Made by a program: the position numbers and the translations under genes | In this document: piece by piece, positions 10,277-21,788 of the stretch | Layout of the letters: every line of letters starts with the position of its first letter | How positions within the stretch are numbered: the stretch's first letter is position 1 | NCBI GenBank assembly: GCA_963765575.1 | Contig: CAVXWZ010000005.1 | Location: 64,001-128,000, forward strand | Reading direction: 5' to 3' | Source of the DNA: an uncultured cyanobacterium | Lineage (GTDB): Bacteria; Cyanobacteriota; Cyanobacteriia; PCC-6307; Cyanobiaceae | Length of the DNA: 64,000 nt | Notes under the pieces: model-generated | What the model was told of the DNA's origin: nothing | Databases searched by the model: none | Seen by the model: the letters and a program-made list of their open reading frames with translations, nothing else

Positions 10277-10969
10277 TCAGGCGTGCCCTCGCTGGCGGGA
10301 TGGGTGGGCCGGGCCAGGCCGGCGCCAGAGGCCCAGCCACTCATCGCGGCGCTGGGCGATCGAGCCCCTGGCTGGCTCCCAGATCTCCACCACCAGTCCG
10401 GCCTGCTGCGCCAGGTCGATGAGTTCGTGGGGATCGCTGCCCCAGGGCGGGCCACCGGCCCGGCCGTGGCACCAGAACAGGCCCAGCAGCCAGCCGCCGG
10501 GCTGCAACAGCGCCGCCACCGTGGCCATGTAGGCCGCCCGCAGGTGGGGATCGATGGCGCAGAAGCAGGTGTGCTCCACCACCCCCTGCAGACTCCCGGG
10601 CCCGAGCCCCGCGGCCTCCAGTGCCGCCGGATCGAACAGGTCGGCCTGCAGCCAGCGCAGCCCGGGGTGCTCGCGGCCGTGCAGCCGCTGGGCCTCCCCC
10701 ACGGCTTCGCCGCTGAAATCCAGGCCTACCGCGGCGAAGCCCAGCTCCGCCAGCAGGGCGGCTTCATGGCCGCGGCCGCAGCCGGGCACCAGCACCGGGC
10801 CGCCCGGTGCCGGGGAGCGGCCGTCGTGGCGCAGGAACTCCGCCAGGGGCGGTGTCGGCTGGCCCAGTTCCCAGCCATCGCCGCCCTCGCGGTAGCGCCG
10901 GTCCCAGCGCTCCGGTTCCGCTTGCGGCCCCGCAGCGGGCGCACCAGGGGGAAGCGGACGGGGCGACAT
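10277..10969 (-). CDS. TPMT/HOL-family SAM-dependent thiol/halide methyltransferase
   Basis: W..RY..G..GWELGQPTPPL, LVPGCGRGHE, GLDFS, EHTCFCAI, GGPPW. Confidence 0.85.
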   Translation of the reverse strand: MSPRPLPPGAPAAGPQAEPERWDRRYREGGDGWELGQPTPPLAEFLRHDGRSPAPGGPVLVPGCGRGHEAALLAELGFAAVGLDFSGEAVGEAQRLHGREHPGLRWLQADLFDPAALEAAGLGPGSLQGVVEHTCFCAIDPHLRAAYMATVAALLQPGGWLLGLFWCHGRAGGPPWGSDPHELIDLAQQAGLVVEIWEPARGSIAQRRDEWLGLWRRPGPAHPSRQRGHA

Positions 10970-11011
10970 CGCAGCTAGTGTGTAATGACGCAACCATTCT
11001 ATGCCGAAACA

Positions 11012-11025
11012 CTCATGACCATGAG
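11012..11025. promoter_or_regulatory. Palindrome CTCATG-AC-CATGAG in the divergent methyltransferase/sqr promoter, candidate operator
   Basis: Perfect 6-2-6 inverted repeat in the AT-richer intergenic gap. Confidence 0.35.
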
Positions 11026-11082
11026 ATCCCGGCCCCCTGCCCGCGTCCGTCTCGGCGGCTCCCGCCCCCCCAGGTGCTGGCC

Positions 11083-12393
11083 ATGACCCTCCCTTCCCGG
11101 GGCCACCTGCCGGTGCTGATCGCCGGCGGTGGCACCGCTGGCATCACCCTGGCCAGCTGGCTGCGCAAGCTCGACCCCGAGCTCGAGATCGCCATCATCG
11201 AGCCCTCACCCTTCCACGACTACCAGTCGGGCTGGGTTCTGGTGGCCGGTGGATTCATGGCCGCCGACGCCACCCGGCGCCGCGAACGGGATGTGCTGCC
11301 CGCCGGCGTGGACCTGATCCACAGCAAGGTGGTGGGGTTCGATCCCGAGCACAACGCCGTCGAGCTGATCGGCGGCCAGCGCCTCAGCTACGGGGTGCTG
11401 GTGGTGGCCCTGGGCATCGAGCTCAACTGGACCGCCGTCGAGGGTCTGGCCCAGACCCTGGGCCATCACCATGTCACCAGCATCTACAGCCGCCGCACGG
11501 CCCGTTACAGCCGCCGCTGTTTCGAGGAGTTCCAGGGCGGCACGGCCGTGTTCACCCAGCCGGCCACGGCGATCAAGTGCGGCGGGGCGCCCCAGAAGAT
11601 CATGCACCTGGCCCACCAGCAGTTCCAGGCCCGCAGCGGCGTGGGGGTCAACAGCCGCACCCTGTTCTGCACCGCCCAGGCCAGCCTGTTCCCGGTGCAG
11701 GCCTACAGCGACAAGATGGTGGAGATCGCCCAGCGCCACCATTCCGAGGTGCGCTACCACCACGACCTGGTGGCCGTGGACGGCGAGGCCGGCCTGGCCA
11801 CGTTTTGCGTCCAGGAGCCGGGGCAGCGCCAGCGCCTGGAGACGCTTCACTTCGACCTGCTGCATGTGGTGCCGCCGATGTCGGCGCCGCCGGTGGTGGC
11901 CGCCAGCTCCCTGGCCGTTCAGCCCAGCGGCGACCAGCCGGCGGCCGCCACTGGTGGTTGGGTGGAGGTGGACCCCCGCACGGCCCGCCACGTGCGCTAC
12001 GGCAATGTGTTCGCCATCGGTGATGTGGGCTCCTTCCCCACCGCCAAGACGGCGGCGGCGGTGCGCAAGCAGGCGCCCGTGGTGGCGGCCAACGTGCTGG
12101 CGGCACTCCGGGGTCGGGCCCCCGATTGCGCTTACGACGGCTATAGCGCCTGCCCGCTGATCACCAGCGACCACACGGTGATGATGATGGAGTTCGACTA
12201 CAGCAAGCAGCCGGTCAGCAGTTTTCTGGTCAATCCGGTCAAGGAGCGCTGGTTTGCCTGGCTGCTCGAGCGCTTTGGCTTCCCCTGGATCTACTGGCAC
12301 CGCATGCTCAAGGCCAAACCCCATGAGGCGATCTATCTCCAGCCGTTCCAGGGTCTGGCCCGGCGCCTGGGCCTGATGCGTTGGCAGGCCTGA
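11083..12393 (+). CDS. sqr: Sulfide:quinone oxidoreductase, type II-like
   Basis: GGGTAG FAD motif, IKCGGAPQK and YSACPLIT catalytic cysteines, LLHVVPPM, FAIGD..PTAKTAAA. Confidence 0.88.
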   Translation: MTLPSRGHLPVLIAGGGTAGITLASWLRKLDPELEIAIIEPSPFHDYQSGWVLVAGGFMAADATRRRERDVLPAGVDLIHSKVVGFDPEHNAVELIGGQRLSYGVLVVALGIELNWTAVEGLAQTLGHHHVTSIYSRRTARYSRRCFEEFQGGTAVFTQPATAIKCGGAPQKIMHLAHQQFQARSGVGVNSRTLFCTAQASLFPVQAYSDKMVEIAQRHHSEVRYHHDLVAVDGEAGLATFCVQEPGQRQRLETLHFDLLHVVPPMSAPPVVAASSLAVQPSGDQPAAATGGWVEVDPRTARHVRYGNVFAIGDVGSFPTAKTAAAVRKQAPVVAANVLAALRGRAPDCAYDGYSACPLITSDHTVMMMEFDYSKQPVSSFLVNPVKERWFAWLLERFGFPWIYWHRMLKAKPHEAIYLQPFQGLARRLGLMRWQA

Positions 12394-12935
12394 GATCCCC
12401 GCTGCGATCGTTGGCCGTCGCCGGGGCCCTGCTGGCGGTGGTGGGCTGCGGCCCCCGCCTGCCCCGGGCGGCCTCCGATCAACAGCTGGCCGCCGAGGTG
12501 GAGCGCCGCTATGCCGGCTTCCGCCAGCGCCTGTTCCCCGCCGTGCCCGACATCAGCGTGGCCGCATGGGACGCCGCCGCAGCACCAGCAGGGCCTGGTC
12601 AGCCGCTCCTGCTGGTGGATGTGCGCGCTGCCCACGAGCAGGCGGTGTCGATGCTGCCGGGGGCGATCGGCCGCCAGGCCTTCGAGCGCGAGCGCGAGCG
12701 CTACCGCGAGCACCTGATCGTGCCTTACTGCACCATCGGCCTGCGCAGCGGTCTCTATGCCCGGCAGTTGATCGAGGAGGGCTTTGCGGCTCGCAATCTG
12801 GCCGGCAGCGCCCTGGCCTGGGCCCACGCCGGCTTGGCCTTCGAGGCTGACGGCAAGCCCACCCGGCGGGTGCATGTCTACGGAGCCGACTGGAATCTGC
12901 TGCCGGCTGGCTACGAGCCCGTGCTGGGCCGTTGA
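12381..12935 (+). CDS. Rhodanese-domain protein, putative lipoprotein
   Basis: LLVDVR..E..VSMLPGA, YCTIGLRS active loop, NLAGS..AW; lipobox-like LAVVGC; start uncertain. Confidence 0.8.
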   Translation: MAGLRSPLRSLAVAGALLAVVGCGPRLPRAASDQQLAAEVERRYAGFRQRLFPAVPDISVAAWDAAAAPAGPGQPLLLVDVRAAHEQAVSMLPGAIGRQAFERERERYREHLIVPYCTIGLRSGLYARQLIEEGFAARNLAGSALAWAHAGLAFEADGKPTRRVHVYGADWNLLPAGYEPVLGR

Positions 12936-13343
12936 TCAGGCCTGCCCCGGCAGCCAGCGGCGCAGCAACTGCTCCTGCTGCACCAGCCGCAGCCGGTTGG
13001 CCTCGCTGGGATCGCTGGCGTAGCGCTGCTGCAGGTCGTTGAGCAGGTGACGCATGCTCCTCTGTTCCAGGGGGTGGTGGGGCAGGGGTACCGGTTCGAG
13101 GCGCAGCTCCTCCAGGGGCACCGTCTCCAGCAACTCCATCCCTCCCGCGCCCGGCCCGTGGATGCGCACGTCCGCTGTCGGGGGTGCCAGGAAGGAGAGC
13201 AGTTCGAAGGGGAACACCACCCGTTCGAGGAAGAACTGATCGGGTCCGCAGCAGCGGAGCACGACCATCACATCCCTGGCGTTGCGGTAGCCATAGGCCG
13301 TGTACGGGTCGCTGGGGGGCTCGGGGCTGGTCCGGCGCGTCAT
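12936..13343 (-). CDS. DUF1830-domain protein with a C-terminal helical extension
   Basis: YRN....VVLRC.G...FFLERVVFPFE.L.F.AP pattern. Confidence 0.7.
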   Translation of the reverse strand: MTRRTSPEPPSDPYTAYGYRNARDVMVVLRCCGPDQFFLERVVFPFELLSFLAPPTADVRIHGPGAGGMELLETVPLEELRLEPVPLPHHPLEQRSMRHLLNDLQQRYASDPSEANRLRLVQQEQLLRRWLPGQA

Positions 13344-13443
13344 GGCGGATTCTGGCGAGGGGCCCGGACCCCTGATCCTGTGGCTGCCCGCTGGAGAGAA
13401 CGGTGTCGCCGGCCACCGCTGCGGTCGAATGAGTGTTCTTACC

Positions 13444-14313
13444 TCAGCCCAGCTCCAGGCAGGCCAGTCCGTAGACGTCGCGGAGGGGCGCCGTCGGTGG
13501 CCGGCCGCGGTACATGCGCTGGGTGCGGGCGACGGGCTGGAAGCCCAGCCCCTCAAACAGCGCCGCCGCCGCCGGGTTGGCCCCTGGGGCATCGATCAGC
13601 ACCACCCCCGGATGGCGGTGGATCAGTCCGCTCAGCAGCTGGGTCGCCAGGGCCGGGCTGTCGGCCAGCAGCGGGCCGATGCGCCAGCCCTCCCCCCGGC
13701 GCAGCAGGCAGGGGCGGATCCGTCCGAAGCCCTGGCACTGCCCGCCGCCGTCCACCAGGGTCAGCACCGTGCCGGCCGGGTGCTGGAGCCAGTCGGCCAG
13801 GAAGTGGGGCCGGGGACTGGCTGCGCGCTGGGCGTCGTAGGCCTGCACCGCCGCCGTGGGGGTCGCCGCTCCCTGCAACAGCCGCGCCGGCCCGTGCGCT
13901 GACGGGGGGCCGAGGCCGTGGCCATCGCTGAGCAGCTGCCAGCGGCTGGTGGTGGAGGCCGGTTCGAACCCCCACTCGGCGTAGTCGTCCACCCGGTCCA
14001 GGGCCGCCTCCAGGCCGATGCAGGGGAGGTCGGCCAGGTGCTCAAGGGCGTGCCGCCAGAGCGCCACGCCATAGCCCCGGCCGCGCTGCTCTGGCCGCAC
14101 CAGAAACAGGCCGACGAAGCCGTAGGCGGCGTTGTAGCGAACGCCGGCGATGCAGCCCACGGGCTCCTGGTCCAGCCAGCCCAGCCACAGCCCCTGGCGG
14201 TCGGTGTGGCGGTAGATGGCCACGTCGCCCGCCCCAGGGGTGAAGCCCTCGGCCCGGGCCCAGGCGGTCACCAGCGGGATGTGACGTCGCTGCAGCGCTC
14301 GGATGGTCAGCAC
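13444..14313 (-). CDS. GNAT-family N-acetyltransferase
   Basis: FVGLFLVRPEQRGRGYG acetyl-CoA motif, RIGPLLAD, C-terminal ACLELG. Confidence 0.85.
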   Translation of the reverse strand: MLTIRALQRRHIPLVTAWARAEGFTPGAGDVAIYRHTDRQGLWLGWLDQEPVGCIAGVRYNAAYGFVGLFLVRPEQRGRGYGVALWRHALEHLADLPCIGLEAALDRVDDYAEWGFEPASTTSRWQLLSDGHGLGPPSAHGPARLLQGAATPTAAVQAYDAQRAASPRPHFLADWLQHPAGTVLTLVDGGGQCQGFGRIRPCLLRRGEGWRIGPLLADSPALATQLLSGLIHRHPGVVLIDAPGANPAAAALFEGLGFQPVARTQRMYRGRPPTAPLRDVYGLACLELG

Positions 14314-14437
14314 CGAGCCCAGCCGCCAGCGCCTCGCCCCTGCCCCATGGCCTTTGCCCCCACGGCCGCTCCCGGTCTAGCGCTGCTCCCGGGCCCTGAG
14401 GACCACTCCTAGAATTCATCGTTCCTCAGGCAGCCGC

Positions 14438-17485
<3,048 letters not shown>

Positions 17486-17598
17486 GGCCGTTGGGCCAGG
17501 GCTGGTGTGATGCTCAAGGTGAGCACTCCACCACTGGTGGCGGCGCTTAACGTTTGCCGTAGACGGGTCCACCGTGCGCCCCCGACACCACCCTGCCG

Positions 17599-18135
17599 AT
17601 GCCTGCCGGTTCTTCAGCCCATCCAACGGCCCATCCAACGGTGCGCCTACCGGCCCACACCCAGAGCTCCCGGCCTGCCGCGGCGCCGCTCGCACCCCCC
17701 CCGCTCCGGCCCAGTGCCCCAGGCCCCCAGGCCCCCAGGCCCGCGTCCCCGGCGGCGACTCCGGGGCCCGACTCCCTGCTCGGCAGGCTGCGTCGGCTGG
17801 CCGACCTGCTGGTGTTTGAGCCGGTGGCGGCCCCGGACCCCGGCCCCTACGTGCACACCGCCGCTCTGCACACCAAGGCTGATCTGACCGCCTCCCTGGC
17901 CGGCATCACCCAGCTCACCCGCGAGCAGGGCTTCTGCCGTGACCCCGAAACCCACTACGGCGATGGTGGCCGCAGTGCTGTGTACCACGTCGATCACCGC
18001 GACCTGCCGGTGTCCCTGAGCGTCAGCTGCAACCCCCTGCGCCAGACAGTGTCCATTGCCGTCAGCGGTCTGGAATGCGATGACGCCTACCGCTGCTTCC
18101 AGGCCCTGGAGGCCGCCCTGTTCGGCAACTGCTGA
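17599..18135 (+). CDS. Hypothetical protein with Pro/Ala-rich N-terminus
   Basis: C-terminal half has native codon bias; start uncertain. Confidence 0.5.
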   Translation: MPAGSSAHPTAHPTVRLPAHTQSSRPAAAPLAPPPLRPSAPGPQAPRPASPAATPGPDSLLGRLRRLADLLVFEPVAAPDPGPYVHTAALHTKADLTASLAGITQLTREQGFCRDPETHYGDGGRSAVYHVDHRDLPVSLSVSCNPLRQTVSIAVSGLECDDAYRCFQALEAALFGNC

Positions 18136-18169
18136 GCGCTGCCACCGGTGGCGGTGATGTGGGGAAATG

Positions 18170-18329
18170 TCAACACGGGGCTGCGCAGCTCCGGAGCTGT
18201 CGGGTTGTCTCAAACCCCTTGACAACAGGCCTGTTGGCCGCTGCCACTGACGGCGCAGTTCGGTGATCCCGTGGCTCGGGAGGGGACGCAGGGCCCTTTC
18301 CGGGCTAAGACCAACCCAGTTCGTGTTGA
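18170..18329. ncRNA. Candidate structured RNA or leader (long imperfect rod) upstream of sps
   Basis: TCAACACG (18170) pairs with CGTGTTGA (18322); GGGTTGTCT pairs with AGACCAACCC; internal palindromes CAGCTCCGGAGCTG and AACAGGCCTGTT. Confidence 0.3.
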
Positions 18330-18373
18330 TCCAGCGGCCCCGGCCCCCAGCCCCTGCTCCCCGCCCCCTGCCT

Positions 18374-20575
18374 ATGGACAGCACCGCTAAGGCCGGCCTC
18401 TACGTTCTCCATCTGCATCTGCACGGCCTGTTCCGGTCGCGAAATCTGGAGCTCGGCCACGACCCCGACACCGGCGGCCAGACGACCTACGTTTTGGAGC
18501 TGGCGCGGGCTCTGGCGGCACGGCCGGAGGTGGAGCGGGTGGAGGTGGTCACCCGTTTGATCCGCGACCGGCGGCTGTCCGGCGACTACGGCCGCTCCGA
18601 GGAGCTGATCGTTCCCGGGGCCAGCATCTGCCGCTTGCCCTTCGGGCCCAACCGCTACCTGCGCAAGGAGCTGCTCTGGCCCCACCTCGACGAACTGGCC
18701 GATGCCCTGGCCCAGCGGCTGCTGGCCCAGCCGCGCCGGCCGGACTGGATCCATGCCCACTACGCCGACGCCGGCTATGTGGGGGCGCTGCTGCAGCGCC
18801 GGCTGGGGATTCCGCTGGTCTTCACCGGCCATTCCCTGGGCCGGGAGAAGCGCCGCCGGCTGCTGGCCGCCGGCCTGGATGTCGCCAGGATCGAGGCCCA
18901 GTTCTCCATGGTCCAGCGCATCGACGCCGAGGAACTGGCCCTGGCCCACGCCCAGCTGGTGGTGACCAGCACGCCCCAGGAGTGTGAGCGGCAGTACGCC
19001 CGCTATGGCCGTTTTCTGGCCGATCGGGCCCGGGTGATCCCCCCCGGCGTGGACAGCCTGCAGTTCTTTCCGGCCCAGCCCGGCGAACGGCAGGCGGCCG
19101 TGGAGGAGCTGATGGCACCGTTTCTGCGCGAGCCTGCCAAGCCGCCGGTGCTGGCCATCTGCCGCGCCGACCACCGCAAGAACATCCCCGCCCTGGTGGA
19201 GGTCTTCGGTCGCTCCGAGCACCTGCGCCGCCACCACAACCTGGTGTTGGTGCTGGGCTGCCGCGACGACCCCCGCCAGCTGGACCGGCAGCAGCGGGAG
19301 GTGTTCCAGCAGGTGTTCGAGCGGGTGGATCGCTTCGATCTCTACGGCCAGATTGCCTACCCCAAGCAGCACCAGCGCGACCAGATCCCGGAGATCTACC
19401 GCTGGGCGGCGCGGCTCGGCGGCGTGTTCGTGAACCCGGCGCTCACCGAGCCCTTCGGCCTCACCCTGCTGGAGGCGGCCGCCTGCGGCCTGCCGGTGGT
19501 GGCCACCGATGACGGCGGCCCTCGCGACATCCTCGGCCGCTGTCGCAACGGCCTGCTGGTTGACGTGTCCGATCTCGACGCCCTCCAGACCGGCCTGGAG
19601 GACGCCCTGGCCCAACCCGAGCGCTGGCGCCGCTGGCGCGACAACGGCATCGAGGCCGTGAGCCGCTTCTTCAGCTGGGACGCCCATGCCACCCACTACC
19701 TGGGCGTGGCCCTGGCCTCCACCCGCGAGGCCCCAGGGCAGGGACCGCCGTTCTGGTTCCAGCAGGCAGTGGGCAGCCCCGGCCCCGCAAGTCCGGCCGA
19801 GCCCGGCGCGGAACCGGAATTTCCCAGGGCGCCGCAGCGGCTGCTGGTGCTCGATCTCGACGCCAGCCTGGCGTCGGCCGACGACCACAGCCTGGCGGAA
19901 CTGCGCCGGCGCCTGGGCGCCGATCCCGAGCTGGCCATCGGCGTGGTTTCCGGGCGGGGGTTCGCCGCGGCCCGGCTGGCCTACGACGCCCTGCACCTGC
20001 CCAGGCCCAGCGTGTGGATCAGCGAAGCGGGCACGGACATCCACTACAGCAGCGAGCGTGCCCACTGGCCAGATCGCCACTGGCAGAGCCACATCGCCCG
20101 GGAGTGGGACCGCCAAGGGGTGGAATCGGCCATGGCGGCGCTCGAGCCGCGTCTGCGCCGTCAGGACGATCGCGACCAGGGCCCCTTCAAGGTGAGCTAC
20201 CTGCTCGACGAACCCGATGCCGGCATCCTCACCCTGGTGCGTCAGGTGCTGCGCAGCCACGGGCTGATGGCCCGCCCCCACCTGTTCCACCACTGGTTCC
20301 TCGATGTGCTGCCGCTGACGGCTTCCAAGACCGAAGCCCTGCGCTATCTGGCGCTGCGCTGGCAGCTGCCGCTCCATGCCCTGCTGGTGGAGGCCAGCCA
20401 GCAGGGGGATGGCGATCTGCTGCGGGGCCTGTCCCTGGGGGTGGTCCCCCAGGACCACGACCCCTCACTGGATCGGCTGCGCAGTCACCGGCGGGTGTTC
20501 TTCTCCAGCCGCCCCCAGGCCTGGGGACTGCTGGAGGGCCTCGATCACCACCGCTTCCTGCGGCGTCCTCAGTAG
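18374..20575 (+). CDS. spsA: Sucrose-phosphate synthase (GT4 plus degenerate SPP-like HAD domain)
   Basis: HGLFR..LELGHDPDTGGQ..YV, HAHYADAG, FTGHSLG, NPALTEPFGLTLLEA. Confidence 0.92.
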   Translation: MDSTAKAGLYVLHLHLHGLFRSRNLELGHDPDTGGQTTYVLELARALAARPEVERVEVVTRLIRDRRLSGDYGRSEELIVPGASICRLPFGPNRYLRKELLWPHLDELADALAQRLLAQPRRPDWIHAHYADAGYVGALLQRRLGIPLVFTGHSLGREKRRRLLAAGLDVARIEAQFSMVQRIDAEELALAHAQLVVTSTPQECERQYARYGRFLADRARVIPPGVDSLQFFPAQPGERQAAVEELMAPFLREPAKPPVLAICRADHRKNIPALVEVFGRSEHLRRHHNLVLVLGCRDDPRQLDRQQREVFQQVFERVDRFDLYGQIAYPKQHQRDQIPEIYRWAARLGGVFVNPALTEPFGLTLLEAAACGLPVVATDDGGPRDILGRCRNGLLVDVSDLDALQTGLEDALAQPERWRRWRDNGIEAVSRFFSWDAHATHYLGVALASTREAPGQGPPFWFQQAVGSPGPASPAEPGAEPEFPRAPQRLLVLDLDASLASADDHSLAELRRRLGADPELAIGVVSGRGFAAARLAYDALHLPRPSVWISEAGTDIHYSSERAHWPDRHWQSHIAREWDRQGVESAMAALEPRLRRQDDRDQGPFKVSYLLDEPDAGILTLVRQVLRSHGLMARPHLFHHWFLDVLPLTASKTEALRYLALRWQLPLHALLVEASQQGDGDLLRGLSLGVVPQDHDPSLDRLRSHRRVFFSSRPQAWGLLEGLDHHRFLRRPQ

Positions 20576-21760
20576 AGGCGGTAGGCCGGCTGGCTCTGGG
20601 CTTCGAGACCACCCTCCTCACCGCTGCCGGAGTCTTCATCACTCCAGGAGTTGCCGGTCAACCCCTCGTTTCTCCAGGATTCATCGCTCAAGGAGTCGTC
20701 ACGCCAGCGCTCGTCGCTCCACTGACGGCCCGGAAGCGACTCCGCCTCCCACGGTTCGCCGGCCTCCTCGGCGGCGATCTGGTCCGGGTCGCGGCCGTAG
20801 TCGGGGTTGCTGTCGGGCATCCAGAAACTGAGGTCGTTGTACCAATACAGACGCCCCGGTACCTGGTCGGCGATCAGCTGGGTCTTGGCCATGGCCGAGA
20901 TCAGCTGACCGAACTCCAGCGCCGTGAGGTCGGTCTGGATGTCTTCTCCGGCGATCCTCAGCAGCTCCGGCAAGCGGGTGACCATGCTGGGCTGCGACAG
21001 CTTCCTGAACACCTGATCGAGCACCAGCCGCTGGCGCTGCATCCGGCCCAGATCGCCCTCGGGGTCGTGACGGAAGCGCAGGAAGCCCTCCAGCTCCTCA
21101 CCCTTCAGCAGCTGGGGCCCGGGGTAGAGGTCGATGTAGAGATCCTGGGCGGTGTCGACGTAGTAGAGGCGCTTGGGCACATCCACCTGCACCCCGCCCA
21201 GGGCGTCAGCCACGCGCTGCACCGCCCGCAGATTCACCAGCAGATAGCGCTGGATCGGATCTCCCAGCAGGCCGCTCAATTCACGGCGGGCACCATCCAT
21301 GCCGCCGAAGGCATAGAGGGCGTTGGCCTTGAGCACCCCGAAATGCTCGGATTCCACATAGGTGTCGCGGGGCACCTGGACCATGCGGGTGTCACCGTCC
21401 TGGATCTCCAGCGTGAAGATCACATCGGTGTTGTCCCCCACCTTGTCGATCCCCATCACCAGGATCGACTTCTCGCTGAGGGGGCTGATGGACTTCGGAG
21501 AGATAGCTCGAACCGCCCTTCAGGCCGGCCACCGCCCCGTTCACAAGGCCCGGCAGCGGGCCCGACAGTCCGTAACCGAGTGCCAGACCGAGGGCGAAGG
21601 TCACGAGGGTGAGGCCGCGCGGCCTGCCTGGGCCCTGCTCCTGCCCCGGCTGCTGCGCACCACGCCCGCCAAGACAGCCGACCAGACGCCGTGCACCGGA
21701 GCCTGGGGTTGGCTGTGGTGGCTGTCGCTGGCCCATGCCGTCTCCTGGTCGGCGAACCAT
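20569..21760 (-). pseudogene. LCP (LytR-CpsA-Psr) family protein, frameshifted at ~21497
   Basis: TM helix (LVTFALGLALGYGL) in one frame; ILVMGID..NTD, VPRDT, FLRFRHD..GD.GR.QRQ in another; one extra base separates them. Confidence 0.8.
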
Positions 21761-21788
21761 AACGGGCTGAGGGCCTTGGTACCAGGGG

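Noticed and set aside
14400..14437. Possible LexA box upstream of uvrA
   Set aside because: Poor match to the cyanobacterial RGTAC-N3-DGTWC consensus.
17618..17641. CCCATCCAACGG duplicated
   Set aside because: Simple two-copy duplication in a low-complexity region.
19840..20575. Degenerate HAD motifs in the SPS C-terminal domain (DLDAS, ASQQGD)
   Set aside because: Degenerate SPP-like domains are usual for picocyanobacterial bidomain SPS, so not novel.
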